NCBI RefSeq assembly: GCF_001194135.2
Contig: NC_068984.1
Location: 136,715,802 to 136,779,801, forward strand
DNA length: 64,000 bases
Source: Octopus bimaculoides
Lineage: Eukaryota
Reading direction: 5' to 3'
Shown here piece after piece: positions 14,035-27,523 of the stretch. The position numbers and the translations under genes are program-made. Under the pieces are notes generated by a model. It worked only from the letters and a program-made list of their open reading frames with translations. It did not search any database and was not told the DNA's origin. Each line of letters opens with the position of its first letter. Position 1 is the stretch's first letter.

Positions 14035-14154
14035 AGTGTAATACACAAGGGAAATAGCGAAATGCGCACAGCTATTTATTTCGACAACAATGTTTCTCTC
14101 TGTTTATTTTCAAATCCATTCCCTGACCGATCTGAATTTACAACACGGACAGAT

Positions 14155-14211
<57 letters not shown>

Positions 14212-14223
14212 TAGTAGTAGTAA

Positions 14224-14283
<60 letters not shown>

Positions 14284-15510
14284 NNNNNNNNNNNNNNNNN
14301 NNNNNNNNNNNNNNNNNNNNNNNNNNNNNNNNNNNNNNNNNNNNNNNNNNNNNNNNNNNNNNNNNNNNNNNNNNNNNNNNNNNNNNNNNNNNNNNNNNNN
14401 NNNNNNNNNNNNNNNNNNNNNNNNNNNNNNNNNNNNNNNNNNNNNNNNNNNNNNNNNNNNNNNNNNNNNNNNNNNNNNNNNNNNNNNNNNNNNNNNNNNN
14501 NNNNNNNNNNNNNNNNNNNNNNNNNNNNNNNNNNNNNNNNNNNNNNNNNNNNNNNNNNNNNNNNNNNNNNNNNNNNNNNNNNNNNNNNNNNNNNNNNNNN
14601 NNNNNNNNNNNNNNNNNNNNNNNNNNNNNNNNNNNNNNNNNNNNNNNNNNNNNNNNNNNNNNNNNNNNNNNNNNNNNNNNNNNNNNNNNNNNNNNNNNNN
14701 NNNNNNNNNNNNNNNNNNNNNNNNNNNNNNNNNNNNNNNNNNNNNNNNNNNNNNNNNNNNNNNNNNNNNNNNNNNNNNNNNNNNNNNNNNNNNNNNNNNN
14801 NNNNNNNNNNNNNNNNNNNNNNNNNNNNNNNNNNNNNNNNNNNNNNNNNNNNNNNNNNNNNNNNNNNNNNNNNNNNNNNNNNNNNNNNNNNNNNNNNNNN
14901 NNNNNNNNNNNNNNNNNNNNNNNNNNNNNNNNNNNNNNNNNNNNNNNNNNNNNNNNNNNNNNNNNNNNNNNNNNNNNNNNNNNNNNNNNNNNNNNNNNNN
15001 NNNNNNNNNNNNNNNNNNNNNNNNNNNNNNNNNNNNNNNNNNNNNNNNNNNNNNNNNNNNNNNNNNNNNNNNNNNNNNNNNNNNNNNNNNNNNNNNNNNN
15101 NNNNNNNNNNNNNNNNNNNNNNNNNNNNNNNNATATATATATATATATATATATACATACATACATACATATATATACATAGAGAGAGAGACATATACAC
15201 ACATATATATGTGTGTACATGTGTGTCTGAATGTTTGTGTGCGTGTGTGTGTGTGTGTGCGTTTGTGTGTGTGTCCGTGTGTATGCGTTCGTATGTGCGT
15301 GCATGCGTGCGTGCGTGCGTGCGTGTGTGTGTGTGTGTGTAAGACAACGATCTTCTGGTAGGAATATCAACTTCGGAGTTCATGATTGGTTCTGTTATAG
15401 TTTCGAAGCTAATCGAATTTGCAAGGTTTGGCATCATAACAAATTCTTAATTCTACTTAAAAGCTTCTTTCTCCTTTTCTTCTCCTCCTCCTCCTTCTTC
15501 TTCTTCTTCT

Positions 15511-15541
<31 letters not shown>

Positions 15542-15632
15542 TCCCCTTTCTGTTTGGCCATCTATCACGTTACAGTCCTTGATTCAATAGCAATGCTTGA
15601 AAGCATTCCCTCAGAAACAACGGCCGATTCTA

Positions 15633-15692
<60 letters not shown>

Positions 15693-16032
15693 TACTACAA
15701 TTGCTGCTGCTGCTGCCGCTGTTGCTACTGCTGTTGATGAGGGTGCTGTTACTAATGCTGCCGTTTGTATTACTCGCAAAACGCGTAAGAGCACCGAAGG
15801 GAAAGAAATATCTTAGGCTATTTCGAAGTAAAGATTATGCAAGTCTCGAAGTTAAGGAGATCAGGTTCTCGTGGACTACTTTGATCTTCCATGAGTGGAG
15901 ATTTATATAGAAACAGGAGAAAGGTAGAGGTGCTCATATGAATATTAATAATGTGGTCTGAGTGAAAGTACTTCTGGAGTAAGTCCTGCATACTAAATAA
16001 TAATTAAAAAAACCCAACAATTACAGTAAAGC

Positions 16033-16630
16033 GAGAGTATGGTTGTGTGGTTAGGAAGTTCGCTTTGCAATCACATGGTCTCGAATCCAGTCTTACTGCG
16101 CGGCTTCTAGGATAATAGGTTCTATCATAGCCTCAGACCTAGGCTTTCTACTATAGCCTCAGACCTGAAAAGAAGCCCGTCGTATATAAGTATATATATA
16201 TATGTATGTGTGTGTATGTGTTTGTGTGTCTGTGTTTGTCCCCCCAACATCGCTTGACAACCGATGCTGGTGTGTTTACGTCCCCGTAATTTAGCGGATC
16301 GGCGAAAGAGACCGATAGAATAAGTAATAGGCTTACAAAGAATAAGAGAATAAGTCCTGGGGTTCGATTTGCTTGACTAAAGGCGGTGCTCCAGCATGGC
16401 CACAGTCAANNNNNNNNNNTTGTGTGTCTGTGTTTGTCCTCCCACCATCGCTTGACAACCGATACTGGTATGTTTACGTATCCATAACTTAGTGGTTCGG
16501 CAAAGAGACCGATAGAATAAGTACTAGGCTTACAAAGAATAAGTCTTGGGTCGATTTCTTCGAATAAAGGTGGTGCTCTAGCTTGGCCGCAGTCAAATGA
16601 CTGAAACAAATAAAAGAATAAAAGAATATA
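16033..16630 (+). mobile_element. SINE family B (GGCTGTGTGGTAAG head, internal TA/TG run): one copy plus a second 3' half across a 10-N gap
   Basis: Matches copies at 26625-27095, 49055-49445 and 49765-50170. The two 3' halves differ in sequence. Confidence 0.85.
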
Positions 16631-16984
16631 TGTACGAGAGCGTTTTCAGCACGCCTACCCGTGCCATATAGTCATATATTCAACCCCACGTAACTGCTAA
16701 CTGTAGACAGATTCTTGTTACACCGCCTGAAGAGATATACTGTCCTCGAAACAGTACGTTTTTCAGCGGACGACTTATTTCCAGATAAAATGACAGATAT
16801 TTACTTTATGTTATGCACCAAGAATTAAATCTTTACGTCTATTTTTAGCACTATTTAGATTTATGCCCATATGTGTGTGTGTGTGTGTGTGTGTGCATAT
16901 ATATGTATGTGTGTGCATATATATGTGTGTGTGTGTGTGTGTGTTTCTGTGTATACATACATGCATATACATATTCATCTATAC

Positions 16985-17036
<52 letters not shown>

Positions 17037-17139
17037 ATACGTACATACATACATACTTGCATAAATACATACATACATACATACATAGTGCGCAGCGAGA
17101 TATAAAAATTTTATTGGCGTATAGCTGAAGTCTATAGAT

Positions 17140-18470
17140 ACGGGTGATAAATTGTAGTAGAATGGAATTGTGATGAGATAAGCAAAGAATATAAATGTAT
17201 CTGCGTCCACATAGAGGTCAATGGACAGTGCTAAAGTTCATTGTAGTGGTTGGGTGTGAGGATAACGTTTGTCGTGATGAAGTTTACATTTGGAGGGATA
17301 CTGTGAGGGGGGAGGTGGAAGTGTTGGTAATCGGCCAGGTGGGGAAATTCATAATTAATTTTGTTTTTCTTTTACGAAAAGGTGAATCGTTCATTAAAAC
17401 CTGTTGGTTAGACAGCACCATATGTAAAGATAAGTCGCTATTCTTTATGTTGGCGAGAATGTGGAATAGGGAACGTAGTGTTCTGAACATCCGTTCACTG
17501 AGAAGTAGTCGGTGAAGTGGCTAGATGATTTGAAATGATGATCCACAAAGTTGTCCTTTGTGTTGTGTGGAATATCTAGATGTTTACGAAAATAGGTCAC
17601 CTGAGTTGCATCTTGTTTTATCTGGTTTGAATCTCCGTCGGTACGACGATGGGGTTTTCTGTTGATACGATCAACTGAGAAGCCAGCTCGTGAAATTAAT
17701 GTCCAAATTTGCTGAGCACTCTACAGACACGTGTATCTTTAACGTAGTTCCCAGAGAATTCAGGGTGACAAAGAATATGACAAGGCTGGCCCTTAGAATT
17801 ACGGGCACAACTCATTTTTGCCAGCTGAACTGACTGGAGCAACGAGAAATAAAGTGCCTTGCTCAGGGAGACAACGCGTCGCCGGGAATTGAACTCACGA
17901 CCTTAAGATCGTGATCCGAATAGCCTAGCCACTAAGCCACGCGCCTTTAGTCTTTTATTTATGTTTGGTGTATTGTAAAGTTTATACGCGATGCAACCGA
18001 TCGGATTCGGTAGAAGGGCAGCTTATTTTGGATGTCTTGATACTTGGGTTTCGGTATGTTTATGGTTGTGATGTTTGTAATGAAATGAGAAGGGTGGTGT
18101 CTAAGACAAGACCATTAGTAGAAGGTAGCATACTGGGTGTTCTTAGGAAAGCTTGAGTCGTTTCTAAGAAGTAGATGGAAGAAATGTGAAGAATAAACAG
18201 AGATAAGGGGAAGATGAGCATCTTTAATGGTAGAACATATAGAAGGAAATTTAGTTTATATGTGTACGAGTGCTTGGTATGAGTGCAATGGAACTCATAC
18301 GAAACATACATCCAATCATACTGACGGTACCCTCGATCGAACAAGAAGTCTTGCATCAATTCGAATTTAGAATGGAACTTGGAGTCCTTGCTGCAGAGTC
18401 AGCTGAGACGGTGTAGTGAAGGGAAGATAGCAGATGGTTTTGTTAGATACACGTGTAGGTCGTCGTATCT
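17140..18470 (-). mobile_element. Second, different Penelope-like fossil (RT thumb to endonuclease end), interrupted by a SINE at ~17640-17950
   Basis: SLHRLS*LCSKDSKFHSKFELMQDFLFDRGY resembles the PLE thumb motif SQFLRLRRLCSDDSDF...EEM..FF..RGY. RKRKTKLIMNFPT resembles the PLE C-terminus. Heavily decayed. Confidence 0.55.
17640..17950 (-). mobile_element. SINE with family-D head and family-A-like 3' tail (related pieces at 46379-46485 and 58480-58735)
   Basis: Head GTGGCTTAGTGGCTAGGCTATTCGG; tail ...GTGTCTGTAGAGTGCTCAGCAA..TTAATTTCACGAG shared with family A. Confidence 0.75.
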
Positions 18471-18544
18471 ATAAAAAAAATATGCTGCACGATACTGTAA
18501 AACGAAAGGAAATAAAATTTTGAGGATGTACCAGTGTCAATGTG

Positions 18545-18900
18545 GATGCGTGTGGCTTAGTGGTTAGGATGTTGGACTCAAGATCGTAAGATTACGGTTT
18601 CGATTCCTGGACCAGGCGATGAGTTGTGTTCTTGAGCAAAATACTTCATTTCACGTTACTCCAGTCCACTCAGTGTGGCTTTGCGTTTAGGCTGTTAGAC
18701 TCATGATCGTAAGAATGTGGTTTCGATTCCTGGACCGTGTAACGAGTTGTGTTCTTGAACAAAATACTTTATTTCACGTTGCTCTAGGCCACTCAGCTGG
18801 CAAAAATAAGTGATCCTGTGACAGACCAGCGTCCCGTCCAGGTGGGGAATACATATGCCATGAGACCAGGAAACCAGCCGTTATGAGTCGGCATCACTCA
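18545..18900 (+). mobile_element. Two tandem SINE family D heads (others at ~29430-29540, 51290-51400, 54050-54180, 57860-58005)
   Basis: Repeated GTGGCTT..GGTTTCGATTCCTGGACC..TTGTGTTCTTGAGCAAAA..CATTTCACGTTGCTC..CCACTCAG. Confidence 0.8.
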
Positions 18901-19140
18901 AAATGATAACTTGCTCTTTTTTTTTTTTACCTGTCTCAATATTCTCTATCGTTATAATCATTGCTACTATACACTCCGGATAATATTACCATCCAGTGAC
19001 GGGAACACGGACACGGAATTACCCACAGGAGGAATTTACAACGTGAATGACAACTCCTAGTAGTCGTAGATGTTACAATACATAGGTGTAGTGAGGAGAC
19101 ACTAGCAGATAATTCGACGTCTACCTTGATCTGTTGTTGT

Positions 19141-19498
19141 TGGCACTCCGTCGCTTACGACGTCGAGGGTTCTAGCTGATTCGATCAACGAACAGCCTGC
19201 TCGTGAAATTAACGTGCAAGTGGCTGAGCACTCCACAGACACGTGTACCCTTAACGTAGTTCTCGGGGATATTCAGTGTGACACAGTGTGACAAGGCTGA
19301 CCCTTTGAATTACAGGCACAACAGAAACAGGAAGTAAGAGTGAGAGAAAGTGGTGGTGAAAGAGTACAGCAGGGTTCGCCACCATCCCCTGCCGGAGCCT
19401 CGTGGAGCTTTAGGTGTTTTCGCTCAATAAACACTCACAGCGCCCGGTCTGGGAATCGAAACCGCGATCCTATAACCACTGGGCCATTGCGCCTCCAC
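19141..19498 (-). mobile_element. SINE family A, full length
   Basis: High identity with 21895-22251. Confidence 0.9.
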
Positions 19499-19528
19499 AC
19501 CTTGACCTGTAATACATTCCCATCTATA

Positions 19529-19785
19529 CAGGGTGCAGGAGAAAGGTTGTCCCGCCGATTTCAAAGGCTAATAAAAAAAAACACATGAAAAGACAAGAAA
19601 AAAACAAACTCTTCTACAACAAATGCACGATGCTCTCTACTCCAGACCATGGTGGATACCACCAAACACAGAAAGAAAATGGCATTTAAAGAGCTTTATA
19701 GACATATAAAGTATTTTTCATGCATCTTCATGTGTTTGTTTTTTATTAGCCTTTGAAATTGGGGCATCATTTCTGCCGCACCCTG
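19529..19785. mobile_element. Tc1/mariner-type MITE with long imperfect TIRs
   Basis: TA|CAGGGTGCAGGAGAAA...ATTTCAAAGGCTAATAAAAAA..CACATGAA mirrored by TTCATGTG..TTTTTTATTAGCCTTTGAAAT...CCGCACCCTG|TA; TA target duplication. Confidence 0.85.
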
Positions 19786-20481
19786 TACAGGCTACTATCC
19801 TGCAGAACTGTTGTTACCATACTCTGCACATTCTCGTCCACCGATACGTTCAATTCCTTTGGCTAGATGATTATCGAACAGCCTCATAGAATATTAGAAT
19901 ACTTTGGCAAGAATTACATACTAGGCCTATAACAATTCCGCCAACTTATATTGGTATGTTGGCAATTCGTAAAGAGAACATCACGAGATTTTTACACGAA
20001 CACATTTAGAATCTATTTCATTGAACTTATATAGATATATGTGTGTGTGTATATATATATATATNNNNNNNNNNNNNNNNNNNNNNNNNNNNNNNNNNNN
20101 NNNNNNNNNNNNNNNNNNNNNNNNNNNNNNNNNNNNNNNNNNNNNNNNNNNNNNNNNNNNNNNNNNNNNNNNNNNNNNNNNNNNNNNNNNNNNNNNNNNN
20201 NNNNNNNNNNNNNNNNNNNNNNNNNNNNNNNNNNNNNNNNNNNNNNNNNNNNNNNNNNNNNNNNNNNNNNNNNNNNNNNNNNNNNNNNNNNNNNNNNNNN
20301 NNNNNNNNNNNNNNNNNNNNNNNNNNNNNNNNNNNNNNNNNNNNNNNNNNNNNNNNNNNNNNNNNNNNNNNNNNNNNNNNNNNNNNNNNNNNNNNNNNNN
20401 NNNNNNNNNNNNNNNNNNNNNNNNNNNNNNNNNNNNNNNNNNNNNNNNNNNNNNNNNNNNNNNNNNNNNNNNNNNNNNNNN

Positions 20482-20512
<31 letters not shown>

Positions 20513-21881
20513 ATATATACATATATATGTATGTATGTATATATGTATATATATGTATATATACATATATGCATGTTTGTATGTATGTATACACAGTCAA
20601 AATACATTCAAATACATAAATTTGCATATACAAATGTACATACATGTGCGCATATTTATATATAGTTATACGTATATATATATATATAAATATATATTTA
20701 TTTATATATAAATATATATATAAATATATAAACTTTCTCACCTATATGCATACATATATACATACACATGTGTATACATTTGTGTATGTACATGCGCGTG
20801 TATATACACAGGCGCGCATATGCAAACACACATGCATACACATGTATAGTCGCATTCCCTTTAAATAAAATTTTAAATATCTATTGAAATACATTTATAT
20901 ATGTGCGTATTCATACTTACATATATATATATATATACATATTTAGAAACATATGTATGTATGTATGTATTGGAGATGAAGGCATGTTTCAAGAACAATA
21001 TAGCAATTTTTATACAAGGTCACTAATCCTACAAGGATGCTAGAAATAGTTACAAAATCCATCCAAAATTTTAGGTTACGCAATCGTCGGCCAGACGACT
21101 TTCCGATGACCGGTCGTGTAGGAGGTCGCTGTGGTGAGCATGGAAGGCGCAGGCACAAACCCATGTGAAGGCGACTGCAGCTGCAATGACCTCCGGCACG
21201 GGCATAGCTGACATTTTGCTTGGCCAATGGTCAGTGATGGTCTTCCTTGGTCACGAGTGGACAGGCCGTTATGTATGTATATGTACAGGTACTAGAATGG
21301 CTGTGTGGTTAAGAAACTCGGAAACTGAAAGCATATTATGTGTGTGAGGGGGGTATGCGCACCTGTGTGTGTGTGCATATGTGTGTGTGTTGGTGTGTGT
21401 TTATGTGTATGTGCGCCTGTGCGTTTGTGTGTGCGTATGTGTGTGTTGGTGTATGTCTGTGTGTGTGTGTGTGTGTGCGTGTGCGTGCGCATGTGTATGT
21501 GCATCTGCGCACAAGTGCGTGTCATTCTCTTACCCCATCACCGTTTGACAACCGGTGTTCGCGTGTTTAAGTCTCAACAACTTAGCGGTTCGGCAATAGA
21601 GAGCGAGAGAGTAAATACCAGGCATTAAAAGGAAATAAAGTACTTGGGTGGATCCATTCAACTAAAGTTCCTCAAGGATTTGCTCCAGCGTGGCCGCAGT
21701 CCAATGAATGAAACGAGTAAAAAAAACACACACAAACGATAGACGATTAACTGTTGTGCTGTTGNNNNNNNNNNNNNNNNNNNNNNNNNNNNNNNNNNNN
21801 NNNNNNNNNNNNNNNNNNNNNNNNNNNNNNNNNNNNNNNNNNNNNNNNNNNNNNNNNNNNNNNNNNNNNNNNNNNNNNNNN

Positions 21882-21894
21882 GCTCTTCCGATCT
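21882..21894 (-). other. Illumina adapter residue at a contig start
   Basis: GCTCTTCCGATCT (reverse complement of AGATCGGAAGAGC) immediately after an N gap. Confidence 0.9.
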
Positions 21895-22251
21895 GCTTAC
21901 GACGATGAGGGTTCCAGTTGATCCGATCAACGGAACAGCCTGCTCGTGAAATTAACGTGCAAGTGGATGAGCACTCCACAGACACGTGCAACCTTAACGT
22001 AGTTCTCGGGGATATTCAGCGTGACACAGAGGGACAAGACTGACCCTTTGAATTACAGAAACAGGAAGTAAGAGTGAGAGAAAGTTGTGGTGATAGAGTA
22101 CAGCAGGGTTCGCCACCATCCCCTGCCGGAGCCTCGTGGAGCTTTAGGTGCTTTCGCTCAATAAACACTCACAACGCCCGGTCTGGGAATCGAAACCGCG
22201 ATCCTATGACCGCGAGCCCGCTGCCTTAACCACTGGGCCATCGCGCCTCCA
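21895..22251 (-). mobile_element. SINE family A, full length
   Basis: High identity with 19141-19498. Confidence 0.9.
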
Positions 22252-22299
22252 CACGATAAACTGTATATCTCTAGATAACTAGCGTTCTACAGTTTTGTT

Positions 22300-22610
22300 C
22301 GACACTCTACTAAACTTGCCAATCCATATGAAGATTGTACAACGTCTACCTTGTTGAGATTCTGTAATATCTTGTCTGTTCTAACAGGAAAATTGAGTGA
22401 GTGCTAAATATATCAGTCAGCTGTCTTTGAGTGCCAGAGAGAGAGATACGCCATGATAAATTGGTGGCGATTAACCGAGAGAATATTTCTATACAACAAT
22501 ACTTGTGCTTTAATATATTGTCCTTGAGAATTGCAGTGAAGTGCTTTCTGCCATGTGGCATCATAGCCATCAATATTTTCTAAGTACTTGGACAAGATTC
22601 AGTATCAAGC
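22300..22610 (-). mobile_element. Possible hAT transposase remnant
   Basis: Minus-strand fragments LENIDGYDA and YI*HSLNF weakly resemble hAT GYDG.. and YxHC.AHxLNL motifs. Confidence 0.3.
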
Positions 22611-23101
22611 ATACTTATTTATATACAAATACCTGCTTTCATACGTTTGTGCGTATATATATATTATATATATATATATATATNNNNNNNNNNNNNNNNN
22701 NNNNNNNNNNNNNNNNNNNNNNNNNNNNNNNNNNNNNNNNNNNNNNNNNNNNNNNNNNNNNNNNNNNNNNNNNNNNNNNNNNNNNNNNNNNNNNNNNNNN
22801 NNNNNNNNNNNNNNNNNNNNNNNNNNNNNNNNNNNNNNNNNNNNNNNNNNNNNNNNNNNNNNNNNNNNNNNNNNNNNNNNNNNNNNNNNNNNNNNNNNNN
22901 NNNNNNNNNNNNNNNNNNNNNNNNNNNNNNNNNNNNNNNNNNTATAAGTATAAGTACATATATCTTTATTTCTCTATATTGATATTTATGCACGTGTGAA
23001 TGCGTATGTGTGTACGTGTGTATAAATGTATAAATGTCTAAGTGTGTATAACTGTATGCATAAATATATGTATATGAATGCATACACGTACATAATATCC
23101 T

Positions 23102-23136
<35 letters not shown>

Positions 23137-26100
23137 ATTTATTTGTAGGCGTGCTTACATTTATGTACGTGTATATGCAACCATATAAATATGAAAGTAC
23201 GTATGCATATATGTACCATATTCTAACACACACGCTCACACACTCATATGTACATATATACACATACACATATATACATATATAAATTTATATATATATA
23301 TATCATTGCTATTATGCAAAAGTGTCTAAGTCCAAAACGAAACGTTACTTTTTCAGAAAACGAAAAAAATAATTTCACCATTCCCTAGCAAAACCGTTGT
23401 ACTACACTTTGAAAATTTTTGGTATCTTGGCATCTGAAGCAGCTGGAGGTACGACAGTTTGACCAAAAGAACCGGCTATAAATATTGAAGAAATAAAAAC
23501 GCATTTAGCTAAATCAGTGTGTAAGAAATAACACAAACACAAAATATATTCGATTTGTGATAATGAGAATATGGAGGTCTAGAAATGTTGGATATGGATT
23601 TGGGAACTCTACTGTTCTAAGCCAACTGCAACAAGCTAATAAGAAAACAGGAAAAATATAAAATAAAGATAAAACTTGTATTTAGTCGTGTATTTAATGA
23701 AACATGAATAAAGGAAAAACGGTTCTCCTTATACACAAATATTATATATATATAAATACTTGTGTGTGTGACGTATTTTGTGTGAGCCAATCATAACCCA
23801 GTAATCTGGCGGTCATTTTGAACATGAAGTAAAGCTCAAAACAGTTTTTGTCTTTTTTTATTTACAATATTAGTTCAGTAGTTTACTTTATCGATCTCTC
23901 TTTCCATAAATATCGAGGAAGCAGCAATAGAGAAAAAAGTCAGTTCTTTTTCCAGCTGTCTTGAACTTAAACTGAATAAGAAATCATGGCCGGTTCAATT
24001 GTCGTCTGGCTATCCGAGCAAGCTGAATTTCAAGGAAAACTGTAAATGGAAGAAAACGATATTTATTACAATACACAAACCAAAGAGAAGTGTTCGAACA
24101 CAGCAACAAAGTTTCAAATCCTTTCGTTAATATAACAAGAAAACTGAGAGTAAGTAATGTATCTACTTTATTGGTAATGATTTCAATTTATTTCAACACA
24201 TTTTCGTTAGTGGAAAATAGGTGGATGAGAGAAAGTCCAAAGGGTACTATTGATTTTCCTGTAGTTGAGACGAATAATATTTACGTTTCGTTTGTTTTTA
24301 TTTCATTTCATTTTCACATGATCACATTGCCTCCCAAACTTTGTATTTGCTAGATCCTAAATAAATGACATGGCGTTACCTAACACGTTGCACTTCACAC
24401 GCCTGCCCAAGTTGCCGTTACTTTCAGCTGACCCTGTGAGAAACCATTTCAAATCAAATTTTAGCTCATTTGAAAACACGTATCTTAATTTCTTTTTATT
24501 CTACGCTCCTGTCAGTCAGGATCTGCTAGCACATGAGTAAGACTCAAGAGAAATAGTAACTCAAAGGCGTTCAATTAACGTTATTTTCTTCAATATTGAA
24601 TGACTTTCTTTCAACTCGTCTCATTGTGCTGTTCGAACAAAACACAAATTGCTTTATCTCTTTCTGCCGCACTAATCTTACTAAAACTTTTTCTACAACA
24701 CAAACTACACAATAGACTTTGTAAAACATGGACATTGTCCATGGCTAGCTGATGTAAACTTTGCTGTGATTGATGTAACACAAAAGATGTTCTGTTATAT
24801 ATTTGAATTATTATCCTGTTTCAAACGTGTTCTCATAAACTATGTGCTATATAATACTGAATTATCATACCAGTAGGACCGGAAGAGGTCTGTTTTTTAT
24901 TGGTACATAGAAAATAAAAAGAAAATTATACCTAAATTATTATCATTAGTTCTTCTATGAATCTAAGTTCAAATTTCACCGAGGTCGGCTTTGCCTTTCA
25001 TCCTTTCAGGATCGATAAAATAAGTACCAGTTGAGGACTGAGATCGATGTAATCGACCGATCCCCTCGCCAGGACTTGCTGGCCGGCCTTGTACCAAAAT
25101 TTGAAACCATGCTTGTTTCTGTGAACATTCTCTTAATTTTCTGCACGTCCAAAAAATTATGCAGATGGAGCATACACTTTAACCGCAACACATCTTCGAA
25201 TGGAGCAGGTAAAGATGAAAATAGAATTAATAAATTTGGTACGTGAAAATTTCAAACAAATTTGTTAACGTAATATTCATGGATATCACGCCAAACAGTG
25301 AAACTGCTAAAAGGTTGAGGAAAACTCCCTTCGGGGAATTATGTTGAAAATAAGGAAAGCAGGCTGAGCTATCAGATCTATCTTAATGGGAAAGTATTTA
25401 GAAAAGATTGTGAGATTATCATAACTAACACATGTTAATAGCAACAAAAATAGCAATGTGTCGAGCATAATGTACTTGGAAGAAACATGTACACCCCACA
25501 GAATTTTACATCAAATAGTTTCGAATATAAGTAAAAGATAGAGCACTGGAAGAAATACGTAGAAAGGAGACTTTCATCGCTACATTAACAACATACGTTG
25601 AACAAACAGAATGGCTCGTTCAATAACCTTCGCACGGATAATATATATTAATATAAATCTCCAGTGCAACTAGAGAATCAATCAACATATGGGAGCGTTA
25701 ACCTCATCTTAACCGTAATAATTGGTAGAGTAACACAAACGTATGTTATCTGAAGTGCACCACTGCTCCTCTCCAGAAGATTAGGTACATTCTATGTAAC
25801 AATGTTATTTTATACGCAGTTTTCCGAGAGATGGGCAGCTTTGACAAAGGAGATAATCGCTCCCTTCACAACATGAAATGGGTTAAAAAATTTGAATTTA
25901 AAATTAAGGAATTTTTCGAGGAAACAAGCATGGAAATCACATATTTAATTTTTTGTTTGTTTAGCATTCTTTCATTCTTATGACCTGTGATTTATTAATT
26001 AAATATTATTTTATGCAGTGAGACACTTCATTAACGATTAGCATAATTACAATCAGAAGGAAATAAATGAAAAGTGATTTGGCTTTCTTTTCTCCATAAA

Positions 26101-26624
26101 ATGTTAGCAATTTACGAATCGAGAGGAAAGAGAGAACGTTCTTAATGTTTACATACAGAATAATAGCTGTTTCTAGGGAAATTCTACCTTCTTAAGATGT
26201 CTTTAAAGTAACCAATAATTTCAACATCAGCTACAAGCAATATCACAAACCGTTTTCCGGTGTTTCTTTGAGGTGTGGACAATAGTTTCAGGCTGCTATT
26301 TCTTATTAGTAATCCTTATGTTGCATATTTTATTCCTGTTTAGCCTCAGGTCAAAGCTGATCTAATAAACTTACAATCAAAGCCATTTCGACCATGACAA
26401 CCCATTCTGTTTGAAGATGTAACTTTCAAACTTTTGTAGCTCAGCACTACATTTTACTTACCTCTCTACATGTTTTGGGCCCCACAAACACACAAAAAAA
26501 AACAGCTATAGATCATTCTAATGAAACGAATGGTAATTTTGCATAAGCCGTTATTATCCATACTTTTTTATTATCCCTATTTTCTCAGCTTATCCCACCC
26601 AGCATGTACCTCTTTTTAGACAGT

Positions 26625-26846
26625 TACTCTTTTACTCTTTTACTTGTTTCAGTCATTTGACTGCGGCCATGCTGGAGCACCGCCTTTAGTCGAGCAAATC
26701 GACCCCCAGGGCTTATTCTTTGTAAGCCTAGTACTTATTCTATCGGTCTCTTTTCGCCGAACAGCTAAGTTACGGGGACGTAAACCCACCAGCATCGGTT
26801 GTCAAGCGATGTTGGGGGGGGGAACAAACACAGACACACAAACACA

Positions 26847-26920
<74 letters not shown>

Positions 26921-27095
26921 CATATATATACGACGGTCTTCTTTCAGTTTCCGTCTACCAAACCCACTCACAAGGCTTTGGTCGGCCCGAGACTATAGTA
27001 GAAGACACTTGCCCAAGATGCCACGCAGTGGGACTGAACCCAGGACCATGTGGTTGATAAACAAGCTACTTACCACACAGCCACTCCTATGCCTA
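26625..27095 (-). mobile_element. SINE family B, full length, CpG-intact
   Basis: Head-to-tail match to the other family B copies; (AAAAGAGT)n tail. Confidence 0.9.
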
Positions 27096-27417
27096 TCTCC
27101 AATTTAACATAGAAATTGTGATTGAACACAGAATACCACATTATTTTACATTGAGATGGTTTCTTATATGGATTAATGGTGCATAAAAGCACTCGTATAT
27201 ATATCGGTGACAGACGAGGACCGTCAGCTACGGCCACAGGAACTGCCAGACCACGTGATTGAGCTCCTCAGTGGGAAGTGTCCGCTAGCGACATAACAGC
27301 CGCAGTATTCTGTGCTCCAACACAACGTCCACGTGAGGGTTGAGATAAAGATTGCCTTTTGGTGTTACTACTGTTTCCGTCGCAATTATTATTTTTTTAT
27401 ATATATAAGCCCACTAG

Positions 27418-27523
27418 AAACAGCTCTGGGTCACATGCATTTTGCCCCTTAGCCTGAGCGTTTTGCCTGAATGGAGCAGCGATGATTGAATCTGGTTATC
27501 GCCTGCTGAAGGGTTGCACCTGC
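27418..27523. repeat. ~105-bp dispersed direct repeat, copy 1
   Basis: Near-identical to 29053-29158; flanks unrelated. Confidence 0.85.

Noticed and set aside
13960-14046. Tandem duplication across a 10-N gap
   Set aside because: Identical sequence on both sides of a placeholder gap indicates an unmerged contig overlap.
16730-16775. Hammerhead-like CTGAAGA...GAAACAGTAC
   Set aside because: Core words are present, but helix II is only 2 bp and no helix I partner follows the putative GUA site. At most a decayed PLE terminal-repeat remnant.
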